Source: Vulcanimicrobiota bacterium
GTDB taxonomy: Bacteria; Vulcanimicrobiota; Vulcanimicrobiia; Eremiobacterales; Eremiobacteraceae
Length of the DNA: 64,000 nucleotides
Reading direction: 5' to 3'
NCBI GenBank assembly: GCA_963812135.1
Contig: CAWETU010000001.1
Coordinates: 192,001 to 256,000, forward strand
Shown here: positions 9,517-18,336 of the stretch, in pieces
Layout: every line of letters begins with the position of its first letter
How positions within the stretch are numbered: the first letter of the stretch is position 1
Translations under genes and position numbers: made by a program
Notes under the pieces: model-generated
What the model was told of the DNA's origin: nothing
Databases searched by the model: none
What the model saw: the letters and a program-made list of their open reading frames with translations, nothing else

Positions 9517-10698
9517 TCACCCCGAGTGATGCTCGCAACTGGACGCCGGGGAGTGCTCGTCCTGCGGTTTTGAGCGGGCCGCCCACCACAGCAGCCCGAG
9601 GACCAAGGCGGCGAACACGATATTGAGGACGGTCGTGTAATTCAGGCTGATCTGCTCGACCTCCATGAGCAGGTTGCTCGTCATCTGCGGGATGTGCCCG
9701 CTCCACGCGAAGAGCAGCTCGACGATGAGACCCGCGACGACCATCGCGAGATAGAACACGCCTGTCATCGAGAGCGCGAGCTTCCAGCCGTAGTACTTTC
9801 GGTAGATATCGATGAGCGGCAAGACGATGAGATCGGCGTATAAGAACGCGACGACGCCGCCGAAGCTCGAGCCGCCCTGCCACAAGACGGCGGCCAGCGG
9901 TACGTTGCCGATCGAGCAGACGAAACTCAGGACCGCGATGATCGGGCCGACGAGCGCGTTCTCGAGCGTGCGCCACAATGGCGGCGCGCTCGTGATGAAG
10001 AGATGCTGCCACCACGTGTTGGGCACCGCCACCGCCAGGAAGCCGGCGATCACGAATCCGAGGATCAGGTCGTTCTGCAGCATCGACCAATCCATGCGGA
10101 AATAGTGCGCGACGTAACGCCAGCCTATCGGAGATCGCAATTTTTCGAGCAGCGTCGCGCCTGGCGCGATCATATCGCCGTGATCGTGCTCGTGCGGCCC
10201 CCCGTCAGTCGCCTCCACATGTGCTCGGCCTTCTTCGATCAGACGCGGTGGTATCAGCAGCCGGGCCAACACGACGAAGACGGCGATCAGAACGAGGCCG
10301 CCGATCCATTCCGCGATCACGAACGGCCAGCCCATGAGGCGCCACAGGACAAGCCCAAGTTCGATCACCAGATTCGTCGAGGCGAACATGAAGACCATCG
10401 CGGTGGTGAACGCCGCGCCGCGTTTGAAAAGCGATTTGGCGGTCGCGGCCGCAGCGTAGCTGCACGACGAGCTGGCCGCCCCCAAGACCGTCGCAAGCCC
10501 GATTTCGCGCAATCCCACCTTGCCGAGCGCGTGGCTCAGACCATCCTTGGGGACATACGCTTGGATCATCGCTGAGATGAGAAAGCCGAGCAGCAGCGAC
10601 CATATGACGGTCCAGAACATCGCCGCCGACGCGAGCGCCCAGTGCCAGGCGAAAAGGCCCAGCCCCGCAAGAGTGATGGCTGCAAGGACGGTCGACAT
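9517..10698 (-). CDS. Permease (DUF318/ArsP family)
   Basis: GAASSSCSY, ASTNLVIELG and SFVCSIGNVP motifs; His-rich loop; many TM segments. Confidence 0.88.
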   Translation of the reverse strand: MSTVLAAITLAGLGLFAWHWALASAAMFWTVIWSLLLGFLISAMIQAYVPKDGLSHALGKVGLREIGLATVLGAASSSCSYAAAATAKSLFKRGAAFTTAMVFMFASTNLVIELGLVLWRLMGWPFVIAEWIGGLVLIAVFVVLARLLIPPRLIEEGRAHVEATDGGPHEHDHGDMIAPGATLLEKLRSPIGWRYVAHYFRMDWSMLQNDLILGFVIAGFLAVAVPNTWWQHLFITSAPPLWRTLENALVGPIIAVLSFVCSIGNVPLAAVLWQGGSSFGGVVAFLYADLIVLPLIDIYRKYYGWKLALSMTGVFYLAMVVAGLIVELLFAWSGHIPQMTSNLLMEVEQISLNYTTVLNIVFAALVLGLLWWAARSKPQDEHSPASSCEHHSG

Positions 10699-10906
10699 TT
10701 GGCTAGCGGCTGCCCTTTCGGTGCGTCGAAATGCTGGCCACGTGCACGGTCAAACGCGCGTGGCCGCGTCGTATATTTGGAGGGAAGTGGCTTTCTGGAC
10801 GACGCTTGCTCAACCCGCTGGCGCGTCCGGTTTCGCGCGAGCGAGGGCAGTGCCGTCGTTGTGCGGAAAGTCGTTCGTAGGCTGAGCTGATAGGAGAGAG
10901 CACGGA

Positions 10907-11881
10907 ATGGACCTCGACAAGCTGATCATCTACCGCGGTGGCGAGTTCGTACCGTACGCCGACACGAAGGTCGGCGTCCTTGCGCACGGGCTCAACTATG
11001 GTACCGGATGTTTCGAGGGCATCCGCGGCTACTGGAACGCCAAGGCCGGACAACTCTATTTCTTCAGATTGCTCGAGCACTACGAGCGCCTCGCGTCCTC
11101 TGCCAAACTGCTGTTGATGGATCTGCCAGAGTCGCCCGAACGGTTGTGCGCGCGCACGGCCGAGCTTGCGCGCCTCAATAACTTCCGGCAGGATCTCTAC
11201 GTCCGGCCGCTGGCCTATAAGAGCGCCGAAGAGATCGGCGTCCGGCTCCACAACGTCTCGCACGAATTCACGATCACGGCCGTCCCTCACAAAGCCTACT
11301 TCGATTCATCGATGGGCCTGCGGGCTTGCATCTCATCGTGGCGGCGCATCGACGACAACGTGGCGCCGGCGCGCGCCAAGCTCACCGGCGTCTACGTCAA
11401 TTCGGCGCTTGCCAAGACCGAAGCAGTCTCGAACGGCTTCGACGAGGCCATCATGCTCAATAAGGAAGGCCACGTCGCCGAGGGCAGCGCGCAGAACATC
11501 ATGATCGTGCGCAACGGAACGGTGATCACGCCGCCGGTGAGCGACGGGATCCTCGAGGGCATCACCAGACGCACTATTATTGAACTATGCCAAAAGGATC
11601 TCAACGTCGAAGTCGTCGAGCGAAGCATCGATCGCAGCGAGCTTTATGTCGCGGATGAGGTGTTTTTGGTAGGGACAGCCGTCGAAGTGACTCCGGTGAT
11701 CGAGGTTGACCACCGCCCGGTCGGCAGTGGCAAGGTCGGCCCGAAGGCTACGAAGCTCCGCGAGATGTACCGCAAAGCCACTGTTGGCGAGCTTTCCGGC
11801 TACCGCCATTGGCTGACCCCAACCTACGATGTCGGCAATAGCGCCAAAATCCACCAGGCGGAAAGAGCGGCAGCTTCCTAG
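10907..11881 (+). CDS. ilvE: Branched-chain amino acid aminotransferase (PLP class IV)
   Basis: LNYGTGCFEGIR, YVRP, AKLTGxY, EGSAQN, LEGITR, GTAVEVTP. Confidence 0.95.
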   Translation: MDLDKLIIYRGGEFVPYADTKVGVLAHGLNYGTGCFEGIRGYWNAKAGQLYFFRLLEHYERLASSAKLLLMDLPESPERLCARTAELARLNNFRQDLYVRPLAYKSAEEIGVRLHNVSHEFTITAVPHKAYFDSSMGLRACISSWRRIDDNVAPARAKLTGVYVNSALAKTEAVSNGFDEAIMLNKEGHVAEGSAQNIMIVRNGTVITPPVSDGILEGITRRTIIELCQKDLNVEVVERSIDRSELYVADEVFLVGTAVEVTPVIEVDHRPVGSGKVGPKATKLREMYRKATVGELSGYRHWLTPTYDVGNSAKIHQAERAAAS

Positions 11882-11933
11882 TTTCTTCCCAGAACGTTCT
11901 TGCGGGAGCTTGTTTGCCCCACCTATAATGAAA

Positions 11934-11949
11934 TGTGAGCAGCGTCACG
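11934..11949. promoter_or_regulatory. CRP/FNR-family-like binding site upstream of the small peptide gene
   Basis: aaaTGTGA-gcagcg-TCACG, a 9/10 match to TGTGA-N6-TCACA. Confidence 0.55.
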
Positions 11950-12181
11950 TCTAAACGCTGTAACAAACGATATCAATTGTTAGTCGCGGTCACTCTTGCG
12001 AAACTGTTTGGCAGAACATATCCAAGACGCGATTTGAATGGTATCGTCGGAACACTTGGGGGGCTGATTCCACATCTTGAGCTTTAGAGAGTCGTAGAAA
12101 ATGCGACCGCACCGCCTGGCAGAGGCGGTGCGATCTAAGGCGTTGTGGCGTCCTCTCCGAGTTCGCAGCTGGAGGCTAACC

Positions 12182-12358
12182 ATGCACGAGCTAGGTGGAT
12201 TCCCTCACGCCTTTTCTTTACACATCGGCTTCTATCTGAGCCAACTCGCTGGTTGGGCACATGAGCTTGAGACGTTGATCACAGCAGGGCCAGCGCACAC
12301 TGCTGAGACTCTCATTACAGCCAACGTGCACACCGCCGAAACGCTGATCACGCAGTAG
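12182..12358 (+). CDS. 58-aa peptide with three tandem HxxETLIT cores (putative signal/precursor peptide)
   Basis: SD GGAGG 6 nt before the ATG; MHELGGFPHAFSLHIGFYLSQLAGW-AHELETLITAGP-AHTAETLITAN-VHTAETLITQ; the repeats are conserved as protein but use different synonymous codons. Confidence 0.8.
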   Translation: MHELGGFPHAFSLHIGFYLSQLAGWAHELETLITAGPAHTAETLITANVHTAETLITQ

Positions 12359-12373
12359 CGACATCGGATTAGC

Positions 12374-13696
12374 CTACGCGATCTCGCGGCACAGCAAGTC
12401 GACAAGAGCTGGGTCGTATTGGACCCCGGCGCGTGCCGCGATGGTGCTTAGAGCTTCTTGTTTGCCAAGAGCCCTAGCGTTGTTATGTCCAGTCAGAAGT
12501 TGTAGGTAGTCGCGGGCGATCGCGATTATGCGCGAAGGCGCGGGGATGCGTGAACCCCGCATTCCATGCGGGTACCCACTGCCGTCGAACGCCTCGCACT
12601 GGTGCTCAACCGCGTAAGAAACATCCTCAGGAATAATCTTGGTAGCCTTGCGTAGGACCTGTGCTCCTAGCATAGGATAACGCAGGGCTTCGCTTTGCTG
12701 GGCCGGCGTTAGATTGACGCCTCCACGCACTTCGGGTCCTAGCTTGCATTTGCCGATCTCGTGGAACTCCGCTGCCCACCCAAGGCTCTCCAATTCAGTT
12801 TTGGACATCTGTATTTTCCGACCGATTTGCATGGCAAGATAGCGTACGTCGCCTGCAAATTGTGCGTCTTCGGGACTCATGAGACCGACGAATTCGCGAA
12901 TCATCTCGTGGAACTGGTTCGCCACGAACTCACGCTCGTCACGGGCTTCAACTGCTTGAATAATACGCTCGAACATTCTCGTATGGGCTACGACGTAGTA
13001 AAAGACGATGGCGCCAAGAATCCCGCCGAACGTGTACATTCCGGCTAAGAGATACGCCCATAGCGCTGCAACGAATCCGGCTCTCCAGTACCGCACAAAC
13101 GAAGCAGGCTGCCCGAGAATCGCGAATCCGGTGATCACGAGCCCGTTGTTTACAGTCTGCCAGACCATCCCAATGCCGACGATCCCGACGAACACCAGGA
13201 TAGTGGAAAGAAAATGAGGCGCGTGAGGAATGATTGCCGACACCGCGGAGTAGCTGTAGATCATCGCGTAGATCGCGAGCACTGTGATCCCAAGTTGCCC
13301 GGCCAATGCGTTCACAGCCGCTCCAAGCGGACGGCCTGCCTCCCTCAATCGGACGTGAACCGCACTGAGGCCTATGATCCCTAATGGTAGAGCCCACCAG
13401 CCGATGGTAGCCGCAGCGGCCGCCAGAATCGCAGCGACGGGAGCGTGGACCGCCCGGAAGCTCTCTTGCGGGCGTTCATTTAGCGCGAGAAAAACAGCGA
13501 CGACGGCAACAGTAAAGAGCGTCATTGGCGAAAAGAAATCGAAGTGCGGCGGAGCTACCTTAAGCAGCACCGCGCCAGCCCCTAACAACGCCCAGTAATA
13601 GGCTGCTTTGACTCCCTGGCGCCACGCGACTACGTCTCGTGTTTGAACGCCAGCTGTGCCGATCCGATCGAGTTGCGCCTGCCCTGCCATGGCCAT
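12374..13696 (-). CDS. Multi-TM sensor with a degenerate HD-GYP domain
   Basis: About 7-8 hydrophobic segments, then HEIGK (for HDIGK), HP-like YPMLG, EHQCEAFDGSGYPHG, SRIIAIARDY and GVQYDP. The start could be 13696 or 13690. Confidence 0.88.
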   Translation of the reverse strand: MAMAGQAQLDRIGTAGVQTRDVVAWRQGVKAAYYWALLGAGAVLLKVAPPHFDFFSPMTLFTVAVVAVFLALNERPQESFRAVHAPVAAILAAAAATIGWWALPLGIIGLSAVHVRLREAGRPLGAAVNALAGQLGITVLAIYAMIYSYSAVSAIIPHAPHFLSTILVFVGIVGIGMVWQTVNNGLVITGFAILGQPASFVRYWRAGFVAALWAYLLAGMYTFGGILGAIVFYYVVAHTRMFERIIQAVEARDEREFVANQFHEMIREFVGLMSPEDAQFAGDVRYLAMQIGRKIQMSKTELESLGWAAEFHEIGKCKLGPEVRGGVNLTPAQQSEALRYPMLGAQVLRKATKIIPEDVSYAVEHQCEAFDGSGYPHGMRGSRIPAPSRIIAIARDYLQLLTGHNNARALGKQEALSTIAARAGVQYDPALVDLLCREIA

Positions 13697-13796
13697 GACG
13701 CTCACCAGAACCTTTCGTCGGTACGCTACGCCCGGATAACGAACGGTCACACGAACGTTAAATGGGCTCGCGACCCTGTGTATAGTTTATCGAACA

Positions 13797-13854
13797 TGTG
13801 ACCCGCGTCCCCGCATGATTGTGACGCGGCTAACACAGTATGACGCAAGTCACG
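13797..13854. promoter_or_regulatory. Three tandem CRP/FNR-like sites upstream of the HD-GYP gene
   Basis: TGTGA-N6-TCCCC (13797), TGTGA-N6-TAACA (13820), TATGA-N6-TCACG (13839). Confidence 0.5.
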
Positions 13855-13887
13855 CACATATGTTCGACGAACGGACTTTGTGTATAA

Positions 13888-14865
13888 CTAATTTGAGGGT
13901 GAAGGGTCGGGGCTCGCCATCAGGTCATCAGGGCTCGAGGTCGGCTGGGCTTGAGGAGCCGCATCAGTTTCCGCAGCGAGGAAAGTGTCGTAGGTGGCCT
14001 TCGAGGCGCGCCGGATGAAACGGGCCCCGTCATCGAGGTCCTCGAGGTGGGTCGTGATCACGCAGATGATGTAGGGCGACCCCTCGAGGTTGACAATGCC
14101 GACGTCGTTGAGCGTGTCGTGCAGCGTCCCCGTCTTGTGTTCCACGACGACGCCCCTGGGGAGCGGCTTCGGCAGCAGATCGTTATGCCGCTGGCCGGCC
14201 AAGATCGAAAGCATCAGGTCGCTCGCGGTTTCATTCACCAGCCTGCGTGCGGCGATCATGGAGAGCAGCCGCATCATATCGTTGGTGCTCGTGCGCAGCG
14301 TCCGAATGCTGCGATCGGACGCGTGAATGCTGTCGCCGAGCCGCGTCTGCGTTAACCCAAGCCCGTCCATCGTCGCGTTGATGTTCTGCCGACCGACCAG
14401 CCGGATCAGCATATTCGTCGCGGTGTTGTCGCTGTTCGCGATCATGATACGGACGAGGTTGAGGACCGAGAAGCGCATGCCGGCGTCCATGTCGCACAAC
14501 GCGCCATATCCGCAGTCTCTATCTTGCGGCAACAGCGTCACCTGGCGTTCGAGCCCGAAACGGCCGAGCCATACTTGACGCATGACCTCGACCATCACCG
14601 CGAGTTTGATGACGCTCGCAGCCGGTAGGTTCTCATCGCCGTTGATGTCGATCGGCGTCTGGCCGTCCGCGTCAGAGACAGTGATTGCCACTAATCCGGG
14701 GGTGTCATTCGCGAGGCGACGCAATTGCGGTTCGAGCACATGCAGGCGCACTTCGAGCGCGGTCCGCGGTGAACCAACGACCTGCAGATCTGAACCGGTC
14801 GACGCACTGCTGACGGCAGCAACCAGTGCCGCCGCGATAAGCACTGCCAAGAATGCGAAACGCAT
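13888..14865 (-). CDS. Secreted serine hydrolase, class A beta-lactamase-related
   Basis: Signal peptide; ASVIK (SxxK), SDN and HKTG motifs. Confidence 0.9.
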   Translation of the reverse strand: MRFAFLAVLIAAALVAAVSSASTGSDLQVVGSPRTALEVRLHVLEPQLRRLANDTPGLVAITVSDADGQTPIDINGDENLPAASVIKLAVMVEVMRQVWLGRFGLERQVTLLPQDRDCGYGALCDMDAGMRFSVLNLVRIMIANSDNTATNMLIRLVGRQNINATMDGLGLTQTRLGDSIHASDRSIRTLRTSTNDMMRLLSMIAARRLVNETASDLMLSILAGQRHNDLLPKPLPRGVVVEHKTGTLHDTLNDVGIVNLEGSPYIICVITTHLEDLDDGARFIRRASKATYDTFLAAETDAAPQAQPTSSPDDLMASPDPSPSN

Positions 14866-14950
14866 AGCTGTAGACGTGCCTTCCCGCCCCAAAATGTGGC
14901 CGCCTCCGTCCGTGCAAGAATCGAGGCCTACGTCACGAACCGACCAGCCG

Positions 14951-15850
14951 ATGCCCGATGTGGATATTATCGGCGTGCCGATCGATTATGGTGCCGGCCG
15001 TCACGGCGTTCGGCTGGGACCTGACGCGGTGCGCGAGGCCGGCCTCACGGAAAACCTGGAGAAACTCGGCCTCAAAGTCCATGATTGCGGCAATGTCGCC
15101 GTGCCCGAATCCAACGAAACCGCGCCTGGCGGACCGAATAAGCCGCGCCACGCGATGGCGGTGCGCACCGCCGTCGAGCACACGGCCCACGCGGTCGAGC
15201 GGTCGGCACGAGACGGTCGTTTTCCGCTCGTCATCGGCGGCGACCATTCCATGGCCATCGGCGTGCTCTTCGGCCTGGCGCGCGCACTCGGGCCCCAAGG
15301 CGTCATCTGGATCGACGCGCACGCCGACTTGAACACCCCTGCCACCAGCCCGACCGGCAATATCCACGGCATGTCGGTCGCAGCGGCGCTCGGAGAGGCG
15401 CCCGAGCTGTTCCCGCCCGGCCGTTTCCCCGTCCCCTCGGTCGACGTGTCGCGCTGCGTGTTTGTCGGCCTGCGCGATCTTGACCCCGGTGAACGCCGTT
15501 CGTTGCGCGAGCGCGGGTTTACGTGCTTCACGATGAGCGACATCGATCGCCAGGGGATGGGAGACGTGATCGAGCAGGCCATCACGATCGCGAGCCGCGG
15601 GCCGAAAAGCGTGCACGTGAGCCTCGACATCGACTCGCTCGACCCGAGCCTCGCTCCGGGCACCGGCACGCCCGTGCCTGGTGGACTCACCTACCGAGAG
15701 GCGCACCTCGCGATGGAGATGATCGCGTTGAGCGGATGTGCCAACTCGCTCGAAGTCGCCGAGGTCAACCCGGTGCTCGACGAGCACAACCGCACGGCCG
15801 CGATCGCGGTCGAGCTGATCTGCTCGGCCCTCGGCAAGAGCATCCTGTAG
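14951..15850 (+). CDS. rocF: Arginase
   Basis: GGDHS, WIDAHADLNT, GNIHGM, SLDIDSLDP, GTGTPVPGG, EVNP. Confidence 0.95.
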   Translation: MPDVDIIGVPIDYGAGRHGVRLGPDAVREAGLTENLEKLGLKVHDCGNVAVPESNETAPGGPNKPRHAMAVRTAVEHTAHAVERSARDGRFPLVIGGDHSMAIGVLFGLARALGPQGVIWIDAHADLNTPATSPTGNIHGMSVAAALGEAPELFPPGRFPVPSVDVSRCVFVGLRDLDPGERRSLRERGFTCFTMSDIDRQGMGDVIEQAITIASRGPKSVHVSLDIDSLDPSLAPGTGTPVPGGLTYREAHLAMEMIALSGCANSLEVAEVNPVLDEHNRTAAIAVELICSALGKSIL

Positions 15851-15861
15851 GAGGAGCGGCG

Positions 15862-16848
15862 ACGCACGACTGGCTCGTCATCGCGATCGTGGTGAGCGCG
15901 CTCGCGTTCAATGTGATCGCGGGCATCAACGACGGCGGCAACCTGCTCGCCTCGGCCGCTTCGAGCCGCACGATTCCGGTCGTCATCGCGTTCGTCATCA
16001 TTATCCTCTGCGCGTTCGCCGGACCGCTCGTCTTCGGTACCGCGGTCGCTGCGACGTTGGGTGCGGGCATCGCCGATTACTCGCACGTCGGTCTGCCGTT
16101 CTTGCTGGCGGCCGTCGCCGCATCGCTCATGGTGGTCTTCGTTGCGAACCGCATCGGTTTTCCGACGTCGATGTCGTTAGCGCTCGTCAGCGCGATGGTT
16201 GGATCGCTCGTCGTCGGCGCTGGCCCGCAGACGGTGCACTGGTCCGGCGTGATCAAGGTGGTTGGCAGCGCGTTCGGGTCGGCCTTCGTGGGCTTCCTGA
16301 TGGGCGCGGCCGTGTACGGTGTGCTTCACCTGCTGTTGCGGCCGGTTACGCGCCGGGTCGGCGATCGCATCATGCAGCTGCAGTATGGCACGGTGGCGCT
16401 GCAGGCGCTCGGGTACGGCGCCAACGATGCGGAGAAGATGATGGGTTTCATGGCCGCGGCGGTGTCGGTGCACGCGCCCGGTCAGCCTTTCACCGTGCCA
16501 CTGTGGGCGATCGGGGCTGCCATCGCCGCATTCGCCGTCGGCATGGTGCTGGGCGGCATGCGGGTGGCCAAGACGATCGGCGGCAGGCTGTTCACCATCA
16601 GACCGGAGTACGCGCTCGCATTCCAAGCCGCCGCCGGCATCACCGTGATCGGCGCGTCGCTCGCCGGAGCGCCGCTGAGCACCACCGAAACGACGGCCAG
16701 CGCGATCGTCGGCACGGGCGCGGCGGCTCGTCCGCGCCGCGTCCACTGGCAAGTGGTCGGGCGCCTCGTGAGCGCTTGGTTCATCACAGTGCCCGCCGCG
16801 CTCGCCGCCGGCGCCATCGCTGGAGTCGTGTTGCGGTTGATCCATTGA
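15862..16848 (+). CDS. Inorganic phosphate transporter (PiT family); start uncertain
   Basis: GINDGGN and GANDAEK signature repeats, PLSTT. A strong SD (AGGAGG) precedes an in-frame ACG at 15862. Confidence 0.88.
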   Translation, partial: THDWLVIAIVVSALAFNVIAGINDGGNLLASAASSRTIPVVIAFVIIILCAFAGPLVFGTAVAATLGAGIADYSHVGLPFLLAAVAASLMVVFVANRIGFPTSMSLALVSAMVGSLVVGAGPQTVHWSGVIKVVGSAFGSAFVGFLMGAAVYGVLHLLLRPVTRRVGDRIMQLQYGTVALQALGYGANDAEKMMGFMAAAVSVHAPGQPFTVPLWAIGAAIAAFAVGMVLGGMRVAKTIGGRLFTIRPEYALAFQAAAGITVIGASLAGAPLSTTETTASAIVGTGAAARPRRVHWQVVGRLVSAWFITVPAALAAGAIAGVVLRLIH

Positions 16849-16867
16849 ACGCGAGGGGATTCTCATC

Positions 16868-17488
16868 ATGATGTGGCTATCGGACATCCTCACCGCCCGC
16901 AAGCAGAAGCATTTCTTGCTATTGCACTTGGAGCATTGCGGCTTGTTGCTTCGCGCGGCCCAGACGCTTGAGCGATTCATGCAGAGCCCGACGGCCGATG
17001 CAGCCGACCAAATAGCGCAACTCGCCAAGGAGAGCGACCGCGTGCTCAAGGAGACCATCAGGGCGCTTGCCGACACGTTCGTCACCCCGTTTGACCGTCA
17101 GGACATCTACGGTCTCGCGATCGACATCGACGACATGATAAGCTATCTTGACAGCGCCGCCGGGGAGATAATGCTCTTCAAGGTCGAGCCGACGCCGCAG
17201 ATGGTCGAGATCGCCAAGCTCATGGCCGGCGCGGCGGCAGAGATCAACACGAGCCTTCAATTGATCGAGCGCGAACCGCTCGCGGCCGTCGATCACGCGA
17301 CCCGCGCGAGCGACGCCGAGAATCAGGTCGAGGATATCTATCGTCATGCGCTCGCGGGACTGTTCGAAACCACGGACGTCCAGCGCATCTTCAAGCTGCG
17401 CGAGATCTACCGGCACCTCAGCAACGTCGCCGATCGCGCGGACTCGATCGGCAAGATGTTGGGCAAGATCGCCGTCAAGGTCGCCTGA
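16868..17488 (+). CDS. DUF47 / PhoU-like phosphate transport regulator
   Basis: TFVTPFDRQDIY.L...DD, EN..EDIYR and KLREIY..L...ADR; adjacent to the PiT gene. Confidence 0.9.
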   Translation: MMWLSDILTARKQKHFLLLHLEHCGLLLRAAQTLERFMQSPTADAADQIAQLAKESDRVLKETIRALADTFVTPFDRQDIYGLAIDIDDMISYLDSAAGEIMLFKVEPTPQMVEIAKLMAGAAAEINTSLQLIEREPLAAVDHATRASDAENQVEDIYRHALAGLFETTDVQRIFKLREIYRHLSNVADRADSIGKMLGKIAVKVA

Positions 17489-17508
17489 CCGGGCTCAGCG
17501 AGCGGGGA

Positions 17509-18246
17509 TCACACCAACGCGAGCCGGTTGAGCTTGCCGGTGAGCGTTTCGCCGGGTTTGAGATCGATGATCTGCAGTCCGTCGATGTCTGTGGTGAGCG
17601 CGCGTAACTGGTCGGGCGTGCCGGTGAGCACCGGGAATGTCCCATAGTGCATCGGCACGACGATCTTCGTGCCGAGCAGCCGGATCGCATAAGCCCCCTG
17701 GACCGGGTCCATCGTGTACAGGTCGCCGATCGGCAGCAGCGCGATGTCGGGATCGTAGAGCTCGCCGATGATCTTCATGTCGCTGTGCACGCACGTGTCG
17801 CCGGCATGATAGATCTTCACGCCGTTCTCGAACGTGATCACGTAGCCGCACGCCTCGCCGCCGTAGATGACTTGATCGCCGTCTTGGATGCCGCAGCTGT
17901 GCGCCGCGTGCACCATCGTGATCTTCATGCCATCGTGCTCGATCGAGCCGCCCTTGTTCAACCCGATCACCTTGGAGACGCCCTTCTTCCCCAACCACAG
18001 CGCGGTTTCAAAGATCGCGACGCATGTCGCGTTGTGTTTTTTCGCGATGCCGACCGCATCGGCGATGTGGTCACCGTGCCCGTGCGTGATCAGGAGCGTG
18101 TCGACCTTGGCCGGGTTCTTCAGACGCGGCGGACAGGCCGGATTTTGTTCCAGCCACGGGTCGATGATGACATGCTTGCCCGAAGGCGTCTTGAAACTGA
18201 ACGCGGCGTGGCCGCAAAAAGTGATTTCGAGCGATCCGAGATCCAT
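17509..18246 (-). CDS. Metallo-beta-lactamase-fold hydrolase (UPF0173)
   Basis: GHAAF, IDPW, THGHGDH, AAHS, YHAGDT, PMHYGTF. Confidence 0.92.
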   Translation of the reverse strand: MDLGSLEITFCGHAAFSFKTPSGKHVIIDPWLEQNPACPPRLKNPAKVDTLLITHGHGDHIADAVGIAKKHNATCVAIFETALWLGKKGVSKVIGLNKGGSIEHDGMKITMVHAAHSCGIQDGDQVIYGGEACGYVITFENGVKIYHAGDTCVHSDMKIIGELYDPDIALLPIGDLYTMDPVQGAYAIRLLGTKIVVPMHYGTFPVLTGTPDQLRALTTDIDGLQIIDLKPGETLTGKLNRLALV

Positions 18247-18336
18247 GATACAGCGTTTTCCTCCGAGGCGGTTGGGGCGGGCCTGCCACCTTCGCCTGCC
18301 CAAGGCGCAACGACTGCCTACAGCGTAGCGGTCGGC

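Noticed and set aside
11995..12035. Possible c-di-GMP-I riboswitch (GCGAAAC...GGCA...GACGC) upstream of the peptide
   Set aside because: It lacks the GGCAAA / GNRA / GACGCAAA spacing and I could not build the second stem. An Infernal scan would settle it.
12257..12355. Repeats read as a mini-CRISPR or DNA tandem repeat
   Set aside because: Copies differ at third codon positions, there are no spacers and no cas genes; the repeat is at protein level.
13888..14865. Antibiotic-resistance beta-lactamase
   Set aside because: SxxK/SDN/KTG motifs are shared with non-resistance serine hydrolases. I see no clear omega-loop ExxLN motif and no mobile context.
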